A stretch of DNA of 64,000 bases from an uncultured bacterium (lineage in GTDB: Bacteria; Armatimonadota; Hebobacteria; CAIYQO01). Made by a program: the position numbers and the translations under genes. Position 1 is the stretch's first letter; each line of letters begins with the position of its first letter. Positions 31,022 to 39,321 of the stretch are shown here, in pieces. The stretch covers positions 791 through 64,790 of the forward strand of contig CAZPYA010000009.1 in assembly GCA_964590255.1 (NCBI GenBank), given 5' to 3'. The notes below the pieces were generated by a model that was not told where the DNA came from, did no database searches, and worked only from the letters and a program-made list of their open reading frames with translations.

Positions 31022-32041
31022 ATGCACGACGATAGCGAGCACGTGGAACGCCTTTTCCGCATCGAGGCGATGAAGGGGGAGCTGGAAGAGCTGTCCGGCG
31101 GGCAGATGCAGATGGGCATGGCGGAGGATATTCCACCGGAGATGGCGGAGGAGTTCCTGAGCAACGTGCTGGCGTATGAAAAGTCGCCGCAGGTGACGCA
31201 CGCGGCGCTGCTGGCGCGCGACGGCGTGGAACTGCCCTCGCCCGACGAGCTGGACGACGACCAGCTCGCGCTGAAGCTCATCGAAGTGATCCAGACGCTG
31301 GCGGACCGGCATACCTACGTGGAATGCACCAATCATTTGAGTGACCGGGAGCTGTATGACTACCTGTACCACGAGGCGCTGAACGAGTCGGTGCCGGACC
31401 TGGGGGCGTCCAGCGGTATGAGCTGGCACATCGACCTGATCTCCAGCGGCAGCGATGTGGACACCCGGCTGTGGATGCAGTATTACGCCGACGCGGAGAC
31501 GCGGGCGCACTGGGCGATGCAGTTTCCCGATTTCGACATGCCGCCGCACATCGACCCGCCGTATGATCGTGACCGCCACCTGCCCATGCCACCTCCACCC
31601 GCCAATCCGTATGACGACCCCGCGATGGCGGCGGAGTTCTGGGCGGAGTGCCGGCCGACGCTGGAGCGCCTGCTGGACGACGAGGGATTCCACTACGCGC
31701 CGTTGTCCGAAGAGCCGGAAGGCTGGGCGCCGCCCTACGCCTGCATCTGGAAAGTCTGCCCGCCGGACGCGCCCGACACGCTGGCCTATTGGGGCATCAG
31801 TGGCGATCTGCCCACCGCGGTCATCAATGCGGAAGGGATGCCGACGCTGCGCGAGTTCCTCGATTACATCAGCCGGCGCTGGATGGGGGACGCCATGCGC
31901 CTGGCGGAGGGCGACCCACCCGACGAGTTGAAGGCCATCCCGGAAGCGGAACGCACCCGCATGGCCCACGCGCTGGGGCACGTGGCCGACGTGCTGCACC
32001 AGTGGGTGGAGGATGAGGCGGAGTGGTCGGACGATCATTGA
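31022..32041 (+). CDS. hypothetical acidic cytoplasmic protein
   Basis: SD AGGAGGA lies 7 nt before ATG 31022. 339 aa, D/E-rich, coding-like third-position GC. No family recognised with confidence. Confidence 0.65.
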   Translation: MHDDSEHVERLFRIEAMKGELEELSGGQMQMGMAEDIPPEMAEEFLSNVLAYEKSPQVTHAALLARDGVELPSPDELDDDQLALKLIEVIQTLADRHTYVECTNHLSDRELYDYLYHEALNESVPDLGASSGMSWHIDLISSGSDVDTRLWMQYYADAETRAHWAMQFPDFDMPPHIDPPYDRDRHLPMPPPPANPYDDPAMAAEFWAECRPTLERLLDDEGFHYAPLSEEPEGWAPPYACIWKVCPPDAPDTLAYWGISGDLPTAVINAEGMPTLREFLDYISRRWMGDAMRLAEGDPPDELKAIPEAERTRMAHALGHVADVLHQWVEDEAEWSDDH

Positions 32042-32155
32042 CGTGGAGAATCGTCGCATATAGCCCGTTGTCGCATCATCCGCGGTTACCTCGCCGCCCC
32101 GCGGGAATCACACAGGTATTCCTGTGCCGTTGGTGCGCGGGAGCGGGAGGCACGT

Positions 32156-32368
32156 ATGCGCCGATTCCTTTGGCGCCTGGCCGGCATGTATACCCTGTTG
32201 CGGCTGGCGACCGCCTTCTTCGCCGGCGGGTGGACGCGCCGCGGCGCGCTGCTGCGCACAGTGCCGTGGATGCTGAACCACCTACTGGCGCGGCAGCCGC
32301 GGCTGCGGCGCCTGCTGGACGCGGTGGCGAAACTGGCCATGACACGTATGCGGGCACAGCGGATGTAG
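32156..32368 (+). CDS. hypothetical 70-aa Arg-rich small protein
   Basis: SD GGGAGG lies 5 nt before ATG 32156, with a terminator hairpin right after the stop. MRRFLWRLAGMYTLLRLATAFFAGGW has a hydrophobic N-terminus followed by an R-rich helix. Confidence 0.5.
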   Translation: MRRFLWRLAGMYTLLRLATAFFAGGWTRRGALLRTVPWMLNHLLARQPRLRRLLDAVAKLAMTRMRAQRM

Positions 32369-32386
32369 CGGCTCGGGTATTACCGC

Positions 32387-32426
32387 AACGCTGGCGACAG
32401 AAATCCTCCGGCGCCAGCGTTATTTG
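32387..32426 (+). terminator. intrinsic terminator
   Basis: AACGCTGGCG (32387-32396) pairs with CGCCAGCGTT (32412-32421), followed by ATTTG. Confidence 0.6.
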
Positions 32427-32477
32427 CGGTTCGCTGTCCGTGCGCACGCCGCGCAATAAGCGCGGCAATGATCGCGC

Positions 32478-33809
32478 TCACAGATATTCGTGCAGTTGCG
32501 CGATGGTCTCCACGTCGACGTTGGGCGGGATGTGGATGCCGGCGGGGAGTTTCAGGCGGGGGTGGATGACCACGCCTTCGGGCAGGGTGACGCCGGCGCG
32601 GATGACCACTTCGTCGCCGAGAGCTACGCGGCTGTGCAGGCGCACGGGCGCCGACAGGGTGGACTGCAGGTCGACCATGAAGCCAAGTAGCGCGTCCTCC
32701 ATGTGGCTGCCCGGGCCGATGAGCGAGCCGGGGCCCAGCGAGGAGCGGAGGATGGTGGCTTCTTCGAGGATTTCGCAGTCGTCGTCGATATTGCTTTCGG
32801 CGATGGTGACGCCGGGGGCGATGGAGACGTAGCGGCCGATGCGCACCGGCGGGGTGATGGTGACCAGCCCGCGCGCCATCTTCTCCGCCAGGGTCAGCCG
32901 GCTGTGCGGGTCGCGCAGCGCCAGCGTGGCGGGGTCGATCATCAGCCCGCCGCCGTCGCAGTCGCCCGGCAGGCACGGATTGAGCTTGGTGAAACGGCCG
33001 TGCATCACGTCGAGCATCGTCTCCAGGTAGCTGGGAATATTGCCCAGGTCGCCCATGCGCCCCAGCGCGAAGGTGTGCACCGGGTAGCCGTGCTCCACCA
33101 GCCAGGGCAGCAGGTCGCCGCCGATGTCGAAGGCGCGGCGGCGGCGCTCCTGGATCGCGTCCAGGCCGGCGATGGCGCGCAGCGCGGCGATGTCGAAGAT
33201 GTAGAAGCCGCTATTGGTGGTGAGCGGCGGCAGCGGGGCGTCGTCTCCGGCACCGTACAGCCCGCGAATCTCGGCCAGCGAGGGCTTTTCGTGAAAGCCC
33301 AGCACCGCGCCGTCGCCGGCGCAGCGCACCAGCCCATAGCGCCCGGCGATCTCTTCGGCGGGGTGGGTTGCCACGGCGATGGTGGCTACCGCACCGGTGG
33401 CGCGATGGTGCGCGAGCATGGCCGGCAAGTCGATGTCGAAGACGGTGTCGGTGGCGAAGACTACGGCGGTGCCGTCCATCTCGAAGAACGCCAGATTCGC
33501 CAGCAGCGCGTCGGCGCTGCCGACATTCGTGTTATCCAGGCTCACCGGCGAGTAGCGGATGCGCACCCCCAGGTCGTCACCGTAGCCGACGATTTGCTTG
33601 ATCTGGTAGCGGTTTTCCTTGCCCTTGGTGATGATGAGATAGTCGTCCAGCCCCTGCATGCGCAGCAGATCGAGGATCCAGTCGATGACGCGCCGCCCGA
33701 GCAGGGTGATGGCCGCCTTGGCGCGCAGATAGCCCGGCGCCTTCAGCGTCAACGGCCGAATGCGCACCCCGCTGCCCCCCGCCAGACCGATGCCGATAAT
33801 TGGTTCCAT
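32478..33809 (-). CDS. sugar-phosphate nucleotidyltransferase with C-terminal left-handed beta-helix domain
   Basis: SD GGGAGGTG lies before ATG 33809. IGLAGGSGVRIRPLTLKAPGYLRAKA is a G-x-G-x-R-x-x-P NTP-transferase motif. The C-terminus carries hexapeptide-like repeats (IGRYVSIAPGVTIAESNIDDDCEILEEATI...). Confidence 0.85.
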   Translation of the reverse strand: MEPIIGIGLAGGSGVRIRPLTLKAPGYLRAKAAITLLGRRVIDWILDLLRMQGLDDYLIITKGKENRYQIKQIVGYGDDLGVRIRYSPVSLDNTNVGSADALLANLAFFEMDGTAVVFATDTVFDIDLPAMLAHHRATGAVATIAVATHPAEEIAGRYGLVRCAGDGAVLGFHEKPSLAEIRGLYGAGDDAPLPPLTTNSGFYIFDIAALRAIAGLDAIQERRRRAFDIGGDLLPWLVEHGYPVHTFALGRMGDLGNIPSYLETMLDVMHGRFTKLNPCLPGDCDGGGLMIDPATLALRDPHSRLTLAEKMARGLVTITPPVRIGRYVSIAPGVTIAESNIDDDCEILEEATILRSSLGPGSLIGPGSHMEDALLGFMVDLQSTLSAPVRLHSRVALGDEVVIRAGVTLPEGVVIHPRLKLPAGIHIPPNVDVETIAQLHEYL

Positions 33810-33997
33810 CGCGTCACCTCCCTCTGCTGATATTATGTATAGCACGATAAGGTTACGTATAGATTTCAGCAGGAGCGCGGGCGAACCGGGAGATGTTTTC
33901 GTTTCTTACTCCCGCCCTGGCCCCGCCCTGGGGCACACATTGAAAAATCGGGGCCAAGGACACAATTGCGATTGTGTTATGCCAGCCTTTATCAGCT

Positions 33998-34200
33998 CCA
34001 GCCGTTGAAACGACTGGCTCGCTTCGGGCGTCCCGCTGGGACGGGCGGGGTGGTATGGTGTTTTCAGGGTGCATGCCCTCATGATAGGTCGGAGGCGGTG
34101 TGCGTGGTCGGACGCCACTCCACTCTCGTTGCGTGGCTGACTACGAACGGGTTCTAGTGGTGACTTGACCTATACTCGTGCGGATTGAAAATCCGCGCTC
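33998..34200 (+). repeat. family E structured element, single-unit copy
   Basis: CCAGCCGTTGAAACGACTGG (33998-34017), hairpin CGTCCC-GCT-GGGACG (34029-34043), conserved tail cggacgccactcc...tgcgtggctgactacgaacgggtt.tagtggtgacttgacctat, then hairpin gcggattgaaaatccgc. Confidence 0.85.
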
Positions 34201-34271
34201 CCAGTGTTGGCGAAGTATAGCAGAGTTGGCGGTTTTTGTCAAGCGGATGTTTGTGTTGGCGCGGTGTGGGG

Positions 34272-34889
34272 TCAGGGGGTTTTCGGCTTGACGTCGAAGC
34301 GCAGGCCGGCCTTTTTCACCGCGTCGGTGATGTGTGTGCCAATGGGCACCGGCAGCAGGCCGACGTGGCCGTCGACGGCGCTGTAGACGAGTTCCGTGCC
34401 ATGCATGTGGCGGGGGTCGAGGACCTTGTCATAGTAGCTGGCGGCCGCCGGATCGGTGGCGGTGACGGCGTAGCTGCCGGTGCTGCCGGCGCGGCCTAGG
34501 TCGGCGGTGAGGATGGTTGCCGCCGGTTTCTCAACATCACCTAATAACTGGCCGAACAGGTTAGCGTTAAAGCCATATTCCGGTTTGTCATACGTGCCCC
34601 TGCCGGACAATACCGGGCAGTCCATTAGCCGATCTCTGATATCTTCAGATTTATACTTTTTCAGCACGACCGACCAGGCATGTGTCTTCGGATCGGGTAT
34701 GAACAACTCACCGTTATCTTGTGCATACATGCTGATTGCGATAACGATTTGCCGCTGGTTATTCATGCAGGGGTTCTGCCGGTCAACTTCACGCGAACGG
34801 GCTAACACCGGGAAGAAGATGGCAAACAGTATGGCGAGGACGGCAATCACTACGAGCGCCTCGATCAGCCTGAAACCACGATACCGCAT
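34272..34889 (-). CDS. prepilin-type N-terminal domain protein, DUF1559 / H-X9-DG family
   Basis: MRYRGFRLIEALVVIAVLAILFAIFFPVLARSREVDRQNPCMNNQRQIVIAISMYAQDNGE. H-X9-DG at HGTELVYSAVDG. SD AAAGGAGG lies upstream. Confidence 0.9.
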   Translation of the reverse strand: MRYRGFRLIEALVVIAVLAILFAIFFPVLARSREVDRQNPCMNNQRQIVIAISMYAQDNGELFIPDPKTHAWSVVLKKYKSEDIRDRLMDCPVLSGRGTYDKPEYGFNANLFGQLLGDVEKPAATILTADLGRAGSTGSYAVTATDPAAASYYDKVLDPRHMHGTELVYSAVDGHVGLLPVPIGTHITDAVKKAGLRFDVKPKTP

Positions 34890-35020
34890 GGCAGTCCTCC
34901 TTTGCGCCGGGGTTTTTCAGTATTGTCGCTAAAACGGCGCGTGGCATTACAGCATATATCGACTTTTCATATCAGTGACCACGCCGGCGTTCGACTTATG
35001 TGCATTGGGTCGTAAGCAGA

Positions 35021-35133
35021 GCAGCGAGTCTGGAAGGCGGCAAGAGCCGCGCGCCGGGAGTCGATATAGCATCGGTAGCATTTTCCATTGAAATAGCCTG
35101 TGCGCGGCTCGCGCCGGCTTCCAGACTCGCTGC
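35021..35133. repeat. long inverted repeat (~32-bp arms) downstream of a DUF1559 gene
   Basis: gcagcgagtctggaaggcggcaagagccgcgcg (35021-35053) pairs with gcgcggctcgcgccggcttccagactcgctgc (35102-35133). It sits immediately 3' of the stop of 35151..35744(-). Confidence 0.75.
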
Positions 35134-35150
35134 CATTGATACTACCAAAT

Positions 35151-35744
35151 TCATGGCGTCTTCACCTTGACGGCAAACTGCATGCCCGCCTTTTTCACCG
35201 CGTCAGTGATGATGGTGCCTTCTGGCACCGGCAGGTACCCCGCAGAACCGTCGGCGGCGCAGTAGACGAAACCATGCATATGCCTGAGATCGATAGCTGT
35301 ACCATAATAGCCGGGAGCGGTCACATCTTTGGTAAACGAATAATTTTGCGCCTTGCCGCTGGTGGCAAGGTCAGCAGTCACGATCGTAGCCATCGGGTTA
35401 TCCATATCTGCTGAGTGGCTATACAGACAGGCATTGAAGCCATATTCCGGTGCATCACTCGTGCCTTTGCCAGTTCGTGTTGGGCAGTCGAAGAGTCTCC
35501 CATCGTCATATTTCGCAAACACCGTCGACCATGCCGTCGTGGTCGGGTCAGGGAAATATCGCTCATCATGATCTTGCACATACATCATGATGGCGATCCC
35601 TAACTGGCGTTGGTTGTTGGTACAGGTATCTTGCCGCGCGCCTCTATGTCGCCGAAAGATAAACGGAGAGAGGACTGCTGCCAGCATGACCAGGATGATA
35701 ATTATGACAATCGCTTCGACCAGCGTGAATCCGCGGTATCGCAT
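35151..35744 (-). CDS. prepilin-type N-terminal domain protein, DUF1559 / H-X9-DG family
   Basis: Start re-picked at ATG 35744 (SD AAAGGAGG). MRYRGFTLVEAIVIIIILVMLAAVLSPFIFRRHRGARQDTCTNNQRQLGIAIMMYVQDHDE. H-X9-DG at HMHGFVYCAADG. Confidence 0.9.
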   Translation of the reverse strand: MRYRGFTLVEAIVIIIILVMLAAVLSPFIFRRHRGARQDTCTNNQRQLGIAIMMYVQDHDERYFPDPTTTAWSTVFAKYDDGRLFDCPTRTGKGTSDAPEYGFNACLYSHSADMDNPMATIVTADLATSGKAQNYSFTKDVTAPGYYGTAIDLRHMHGFVYCAADGSAGYLPVPEGTIITDAVKKAGMQFAVKVKTP

Positions 35745-35892
35745 GGCAGGCCTCCTTTGTGCCGGTGGTAATATCAGTATAGTCGCTAAAACGGCGTGTG
35801 GCATTACAGCGGGACCGAACATTCTTCAACCTGGTTGCATGGGCGGACGCGGCTTGCTGTGCGGCGCCGCTACTGAGAACTTCATCGTTCGG

Positions 35893-36498
35893 TCACGGGT
35901 GCAGCGTTTTCACTGTGGCTTTCAGCCGCAATCCGGCCTGCTGCATCGCTGTCACAATCGACGTGTCTCGCGGCACCTGCAGGACGGCGGCATGGCCGTC
36001 GGCGGCGCACCACACCAGACGATCGTTATGCCGGGGATCAAGCACGACATCCGCATAATGTGCACCAGCAGGATTCGTGCTGAAGGTGTATTGCCCCTCT
36101 CGTCCGCTGGTGCCCAGGTCGGCGGTGAGGACAATCGCATCGGGCCGTGTCAGTTCGGCGGCAGAGACGCCAAAGAGGTTCGCGTTGAAGCCGTAGTCCG
36201 GGTCATCGATCTGTCCCCGGTGCGTGATCGTCGGACAATCGTATTGCCACCGCGTGCTGGCATATGGCGCGAGACGCCGGCTCCAGGGAGATCGTTTCGC
36301 GGCGAAGAGATAGCGGCCGGCATGGTCTTGTAGATGCTCCTGGATCGCGATGCCGATGGTGCGCTGGTTGTCCAGGCATACAGTTTGTCTTGCCGAGTTT
36401 TTTCTGGGAGCAAGCACTGGGAAAAGGATTGCCGCCAGTATCAGCACGGTGATGGTGATGCCCAGCCAATCGAGCCAGGTGATGCGGGGTTTATGCAT
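35893..36498 (-). CDS. DUF1559 / H-X9-DG family protein with degenerate prepilin leader
   Basis: SD AGGAGG lies 5 nt before ATG 36498. [61 protein letters not shown] has no G-F-x-x-x-E cleavage motif. H-X9-DG at HNDRLVWCAADG. Confidence 0.85.
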   Translation of the reverse strand: MHKPRITWLDWLGITITVLILAAILFPVLAPRKNSARQTVCLDNQRTIGIAIQEHLQDHAGRYLFAAKRSPWSRRLAPYASTRWQYDCPTITHRGQIDDPDYGFNANLFGVSAAELTRPDAIVLTADLGTSGREGQYTFSTNPAGAHYADVVLDPRHNDRLVWCAADGHAAVLQVPRDTSIVTAMQQAGLRLKATVKTLHP

Positions 36499-36748
36499 AA
36501 GTGCCTCCTGCAGCACGCATATTTGCATGGTGATTCGCTGTGCCGGGGCGCGGGGCGCGCTCCCGCGCGCGCCCTCACCCCCAGCCCCTCTCCCAATGCT
36601 GGGCGAGGGGGGGCACCGTGAGGAGAATCGCGTGTGCCCCGAATGAGTACCATCCTCATCATAGCCCAACCTGTCAATTTGTCAATGTCTCGCTGTGCGG
36701 AACCGGTGGGGTTGTCGTTCGGCGATAGCTTGGGTATGATATGAGCAT

Positions 36749-38620
36749 ATGCCCGGACTCGTGATCTTGCGACGCATGTGTGTTGTGCTTGCCGCCCTGT
36801 GCCTGTTGGCGGGGGTGGCGCGTGCCGCCGACCCGTATGAGGCGATTGAGCGCGCGTTGAAGTTGGCGACCAGCGGCGATGCCGACGCGGCGCGCACGGC
36901 GCTGGCGGGCATGACGGGCGAGGCGGACGCCGATCCGCTGCGGCTGGCCGCGCTGGGGACCGTCGACCTGTACAGCGGCCGCATCCCCGACGCCGACCGC
37001 AGCTTCCGCGCGGCGCTGGCGCAGGACCCGCAGCAGGTGGCCTCGCTCTGGGGTCTCAGCCTCTGCTTGCTGAAGCGCAACCGCGTCTTTGAAGCCTCGG
37101 CGCTGCTGGACCGCGCGTCGATTGTCGCCCCGCAGGACCCCCGCGTGAAAACGCTGCAGGCCTATGCCTACTGCCTGCTCACCCGCGTCAGCGACGCCGC
37201 CCAGTCGGGCAAGGCAGCGCTGGACGGCGGCGAAAAATCGCCCTTTCTGCTGGCCACGCTGGCGGTCATTCAGCGGCGCATGGGCTACACGCGCAAGGCG
37301 CTGGAGTTCGGCGGGTTTGCCGCGCGCGCCTACTACGGCATGGATTTCCTGAGTCCGATCGACGCGGTGAGTCTGCCGCTGACGATGACGGTGGTAGACA
37401 CCCCGCAGGCGGTGAACACCCCCGCCGAAACGAAGCCGGGGGCGAAGGCGCGCCCCGAATTGGAACTGCCGTCGGCGAAGAGCTCGGCGCGCGAGGGGCA
37501 ACCGCTGCAAATCGTGGCGCCGGCGGCGGGCAGCACGGTGCGCGGGCTGCAGCGCGTGCAGGCGGTCTTCCGCGACCCGGGCGACATGAAATTCCTCATC
37601 TTCCAGGTGGACGGCGTGCTGCGCGGCATGATCACCGAGCTGCCCTACCACTTCCCGTGGGACAGCGACGCGGCGGCGCCGGGGGTGCATACCCTGTGCG
37701 TGCGCGCCTACGACAGCCGCGGCCTGCTGCTTACTGAAGACAGCATCAGCGTCACCACCACCGCCGGCACGCCGGTGGCGCCTCGGCCGGCGCCGGCGCG
37801 CGCCGCCGAACTGCAGCGGGCGATGATGACGCTGACGATGCCGGCGCCCGCCCCGCTGTCGCTGTATACCCAGCTCGGCGGCTGGCACCGCGAGGTCAAC
37901 GAGCTGCCGCAGGCGCAGGCGGCTTTTGAAAAGGCGGCGGCCATCGACCCCACCAGCGCCGGCGTACTGACCACGCTGGCTGCCCTCTACGAGGGGGTGG
38001 GGCTGCATCCCATCTCGGCCACCGGCGAGGCGTGGCGCGGGCCGGCGGGCAGCAAGCGCGTGGCGCTGACCTTCGACGACGGCCCGAATCCGCTCTACAC
38101 CCCGGGCATCATGGAGGTGCTGAAACAATACGATGGCCGCGCCACCTTTTTCCTGGTGGGCAAGATGGCGCAGCAGTACCCCGACCTGGTGTTGGAGTTG
38201 CTGGCGCAGGGGCACGAGCTGGGCAACCACTCCTACACCCACCCGAATATCACCAAGCTGAAGCAGAGCGAGCTCATTGCCGAGGTGCTGCGCACGCGGG
38301 TGCTCATCAAGGATATCTCCAGCCGGCAGACCTACCTCTTCCGCCCGCCCGGCGGCAACATCGACGAAGCCACCACGAAGCAACTGCGCGCGCTGGACTA
38401 CAACATCGTCTACTGGGACGTGAACGCCGGCGAATTTAAAAAATCCGCCACCCCCGAAGCGCAGACCGCGCGCATGCTGGCGACGATCAAGGACGGCAGC
38501 ATCGTGCTGATGCACAACGGCCCGGTGGACGGCACGCTAAGCATCCTCCCCGGGCTGATGGCGGCGCTGCACGCGAAGGGGTACCGCTTTGTGACGGTGT
38601 CGGAGTTGGTGAAGAAGTAA
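36749..38620 (+). CDS. secreted TPR + Ig-like + polysaccharide deacetylase (NodB-homology) protein
   Basis: Signal peptide MPGLVILRRMCVVLAALCLLAGVARA, with N-terminal TPR-like repeats. C-terminus: VALTFDDGPNPLYTPGIMEVLKQYDGRATFFLVG...GHELGNHSYTHP...LFRPPGG...IVLMHNG (NodB motifs TFDDG, H-x-x-x-H, RPP, LxH). Confidence 0.9.
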   Translation: MPGLVILRRMCVVLAALCLLAGVARAADPYEAIERALKLATSGDADAARTALAGMTGEADADPLRLAALGTVDLYSGRIPDADRSFRAALAQDPQQVASLWGLSLCLLKRNRVFEASALLDRASIVAPQDPRVKTLQAYAYCLLTRVSDAAQSGKAALDGGEKSPFLLATLAVIQRRMGYTRKALEFGGFAARAYYGMDFLSPIDAVSLPLTMTVVDTPQAVNTPAETKPGAKARPELELPSAKSSAREGQPLQIVAPAAGSTVRGLQRVQAVFRDPGDMKFLIFQVDGVLRGMITELPYHFPWDSDAAAPGVHTLCVRAYDSRGLLLTEDSISVTTTAGTPVAPRPAPARAAELQRAMMTLTMPAPAPLSLYTQLGGWHREVNELPQAQAAFEKAAAIDPTSAGVLTTLAALYEGVGLHPISATGEAWRGPAGSKRVALTFDDGPNPLYTPGIMEVLKQYDGRATFFLVGKMAQQYPDLVLELLAQGHELGNHSYTHPNITKLKQSELIAEVLRTRVLIKDISSRQTYLFRPPGGNIDEATTKQLRALDYNIVYWDVNAGEFKKSATPEAQTARMLATIKDGSIVLMHNGPVDGTLSILPGLMAALHAKGYRFVTVSELVKK

Positions 38621-39320
38621 GGGCGGTGACGCCCCCTCACCCCCTGCCCCCTCTCCCCGAGGCCCCGTGGCAAGGGGATATTTGCTGGCACACCCGGTGT
38701 GCCTGATCGGCCCCCCTCCCCGGCCCTCATTCGCGCTGCATTTATGCCTAATCGGCCCCCATCCCCCAGCCCTTTCCCCCGCTCCACTGCGCTGCGCAAG
38801 GGAAGGGGAGAACGGTGCCATGACGCGGCACACTCGACCACAATGTAGACGCTCAATATGCACTAATGTAGCGCGTATGTCCCCGGCCCTCCCCCCGCTC
38901 CGCTGCGCTGCGCAAGGGAAGGGAGATGGCACATGACACCGTAACAGCCTCGTATAACCAGCTACAGTGTTACACGATTGACATACTCCTCCCTTGCGCA
39001 GCACAGCGGAGCGAGGGAGGGGAATGGGGTGGGGGCCGATGACCAGCAGCGCGATTACTGAATCATGACGTCTATGGGGGCAGGGGGTGAGGGGGCGAGT
39101 ATTATTCGCGGCTCGACGGAGTCTCGCCCAATACCGTTCAAATACGGGCTCTCGACCGCCACGCGCCACCTCTCCCCCAGACCCCTCCCCTACGTGGGGA
39201 GGGGGGAGTGATGAGGAAAAAAGACGGCGTAGGAGGCTGGTTCGCCACACGCAGCAGGCTTATTTGAATGGCATTGGGGCTCCCGCCCTGTTCCAGACAG
39301 TAACTACAGCTTGGTACCGG
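38621..39320. repeat. 700-bp intergenic repeat cluster (families A, B, C nested)
   Basis: A 22-nt perfect long-range inverted repeat: cgccccctcaccccctgccccc (38630-38651) / gggggcagggggtgagggggcg (39076-39097). Several family C units are present (atcggccccc.tcccc.gccct...gctcc.ctgcgctgcgcaagggaaggg), both forward and inverted (about 38985-39040). One full family A element lies at 39109-39287. Confidence 0.85.
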
Positions 39321-39321
39321 T

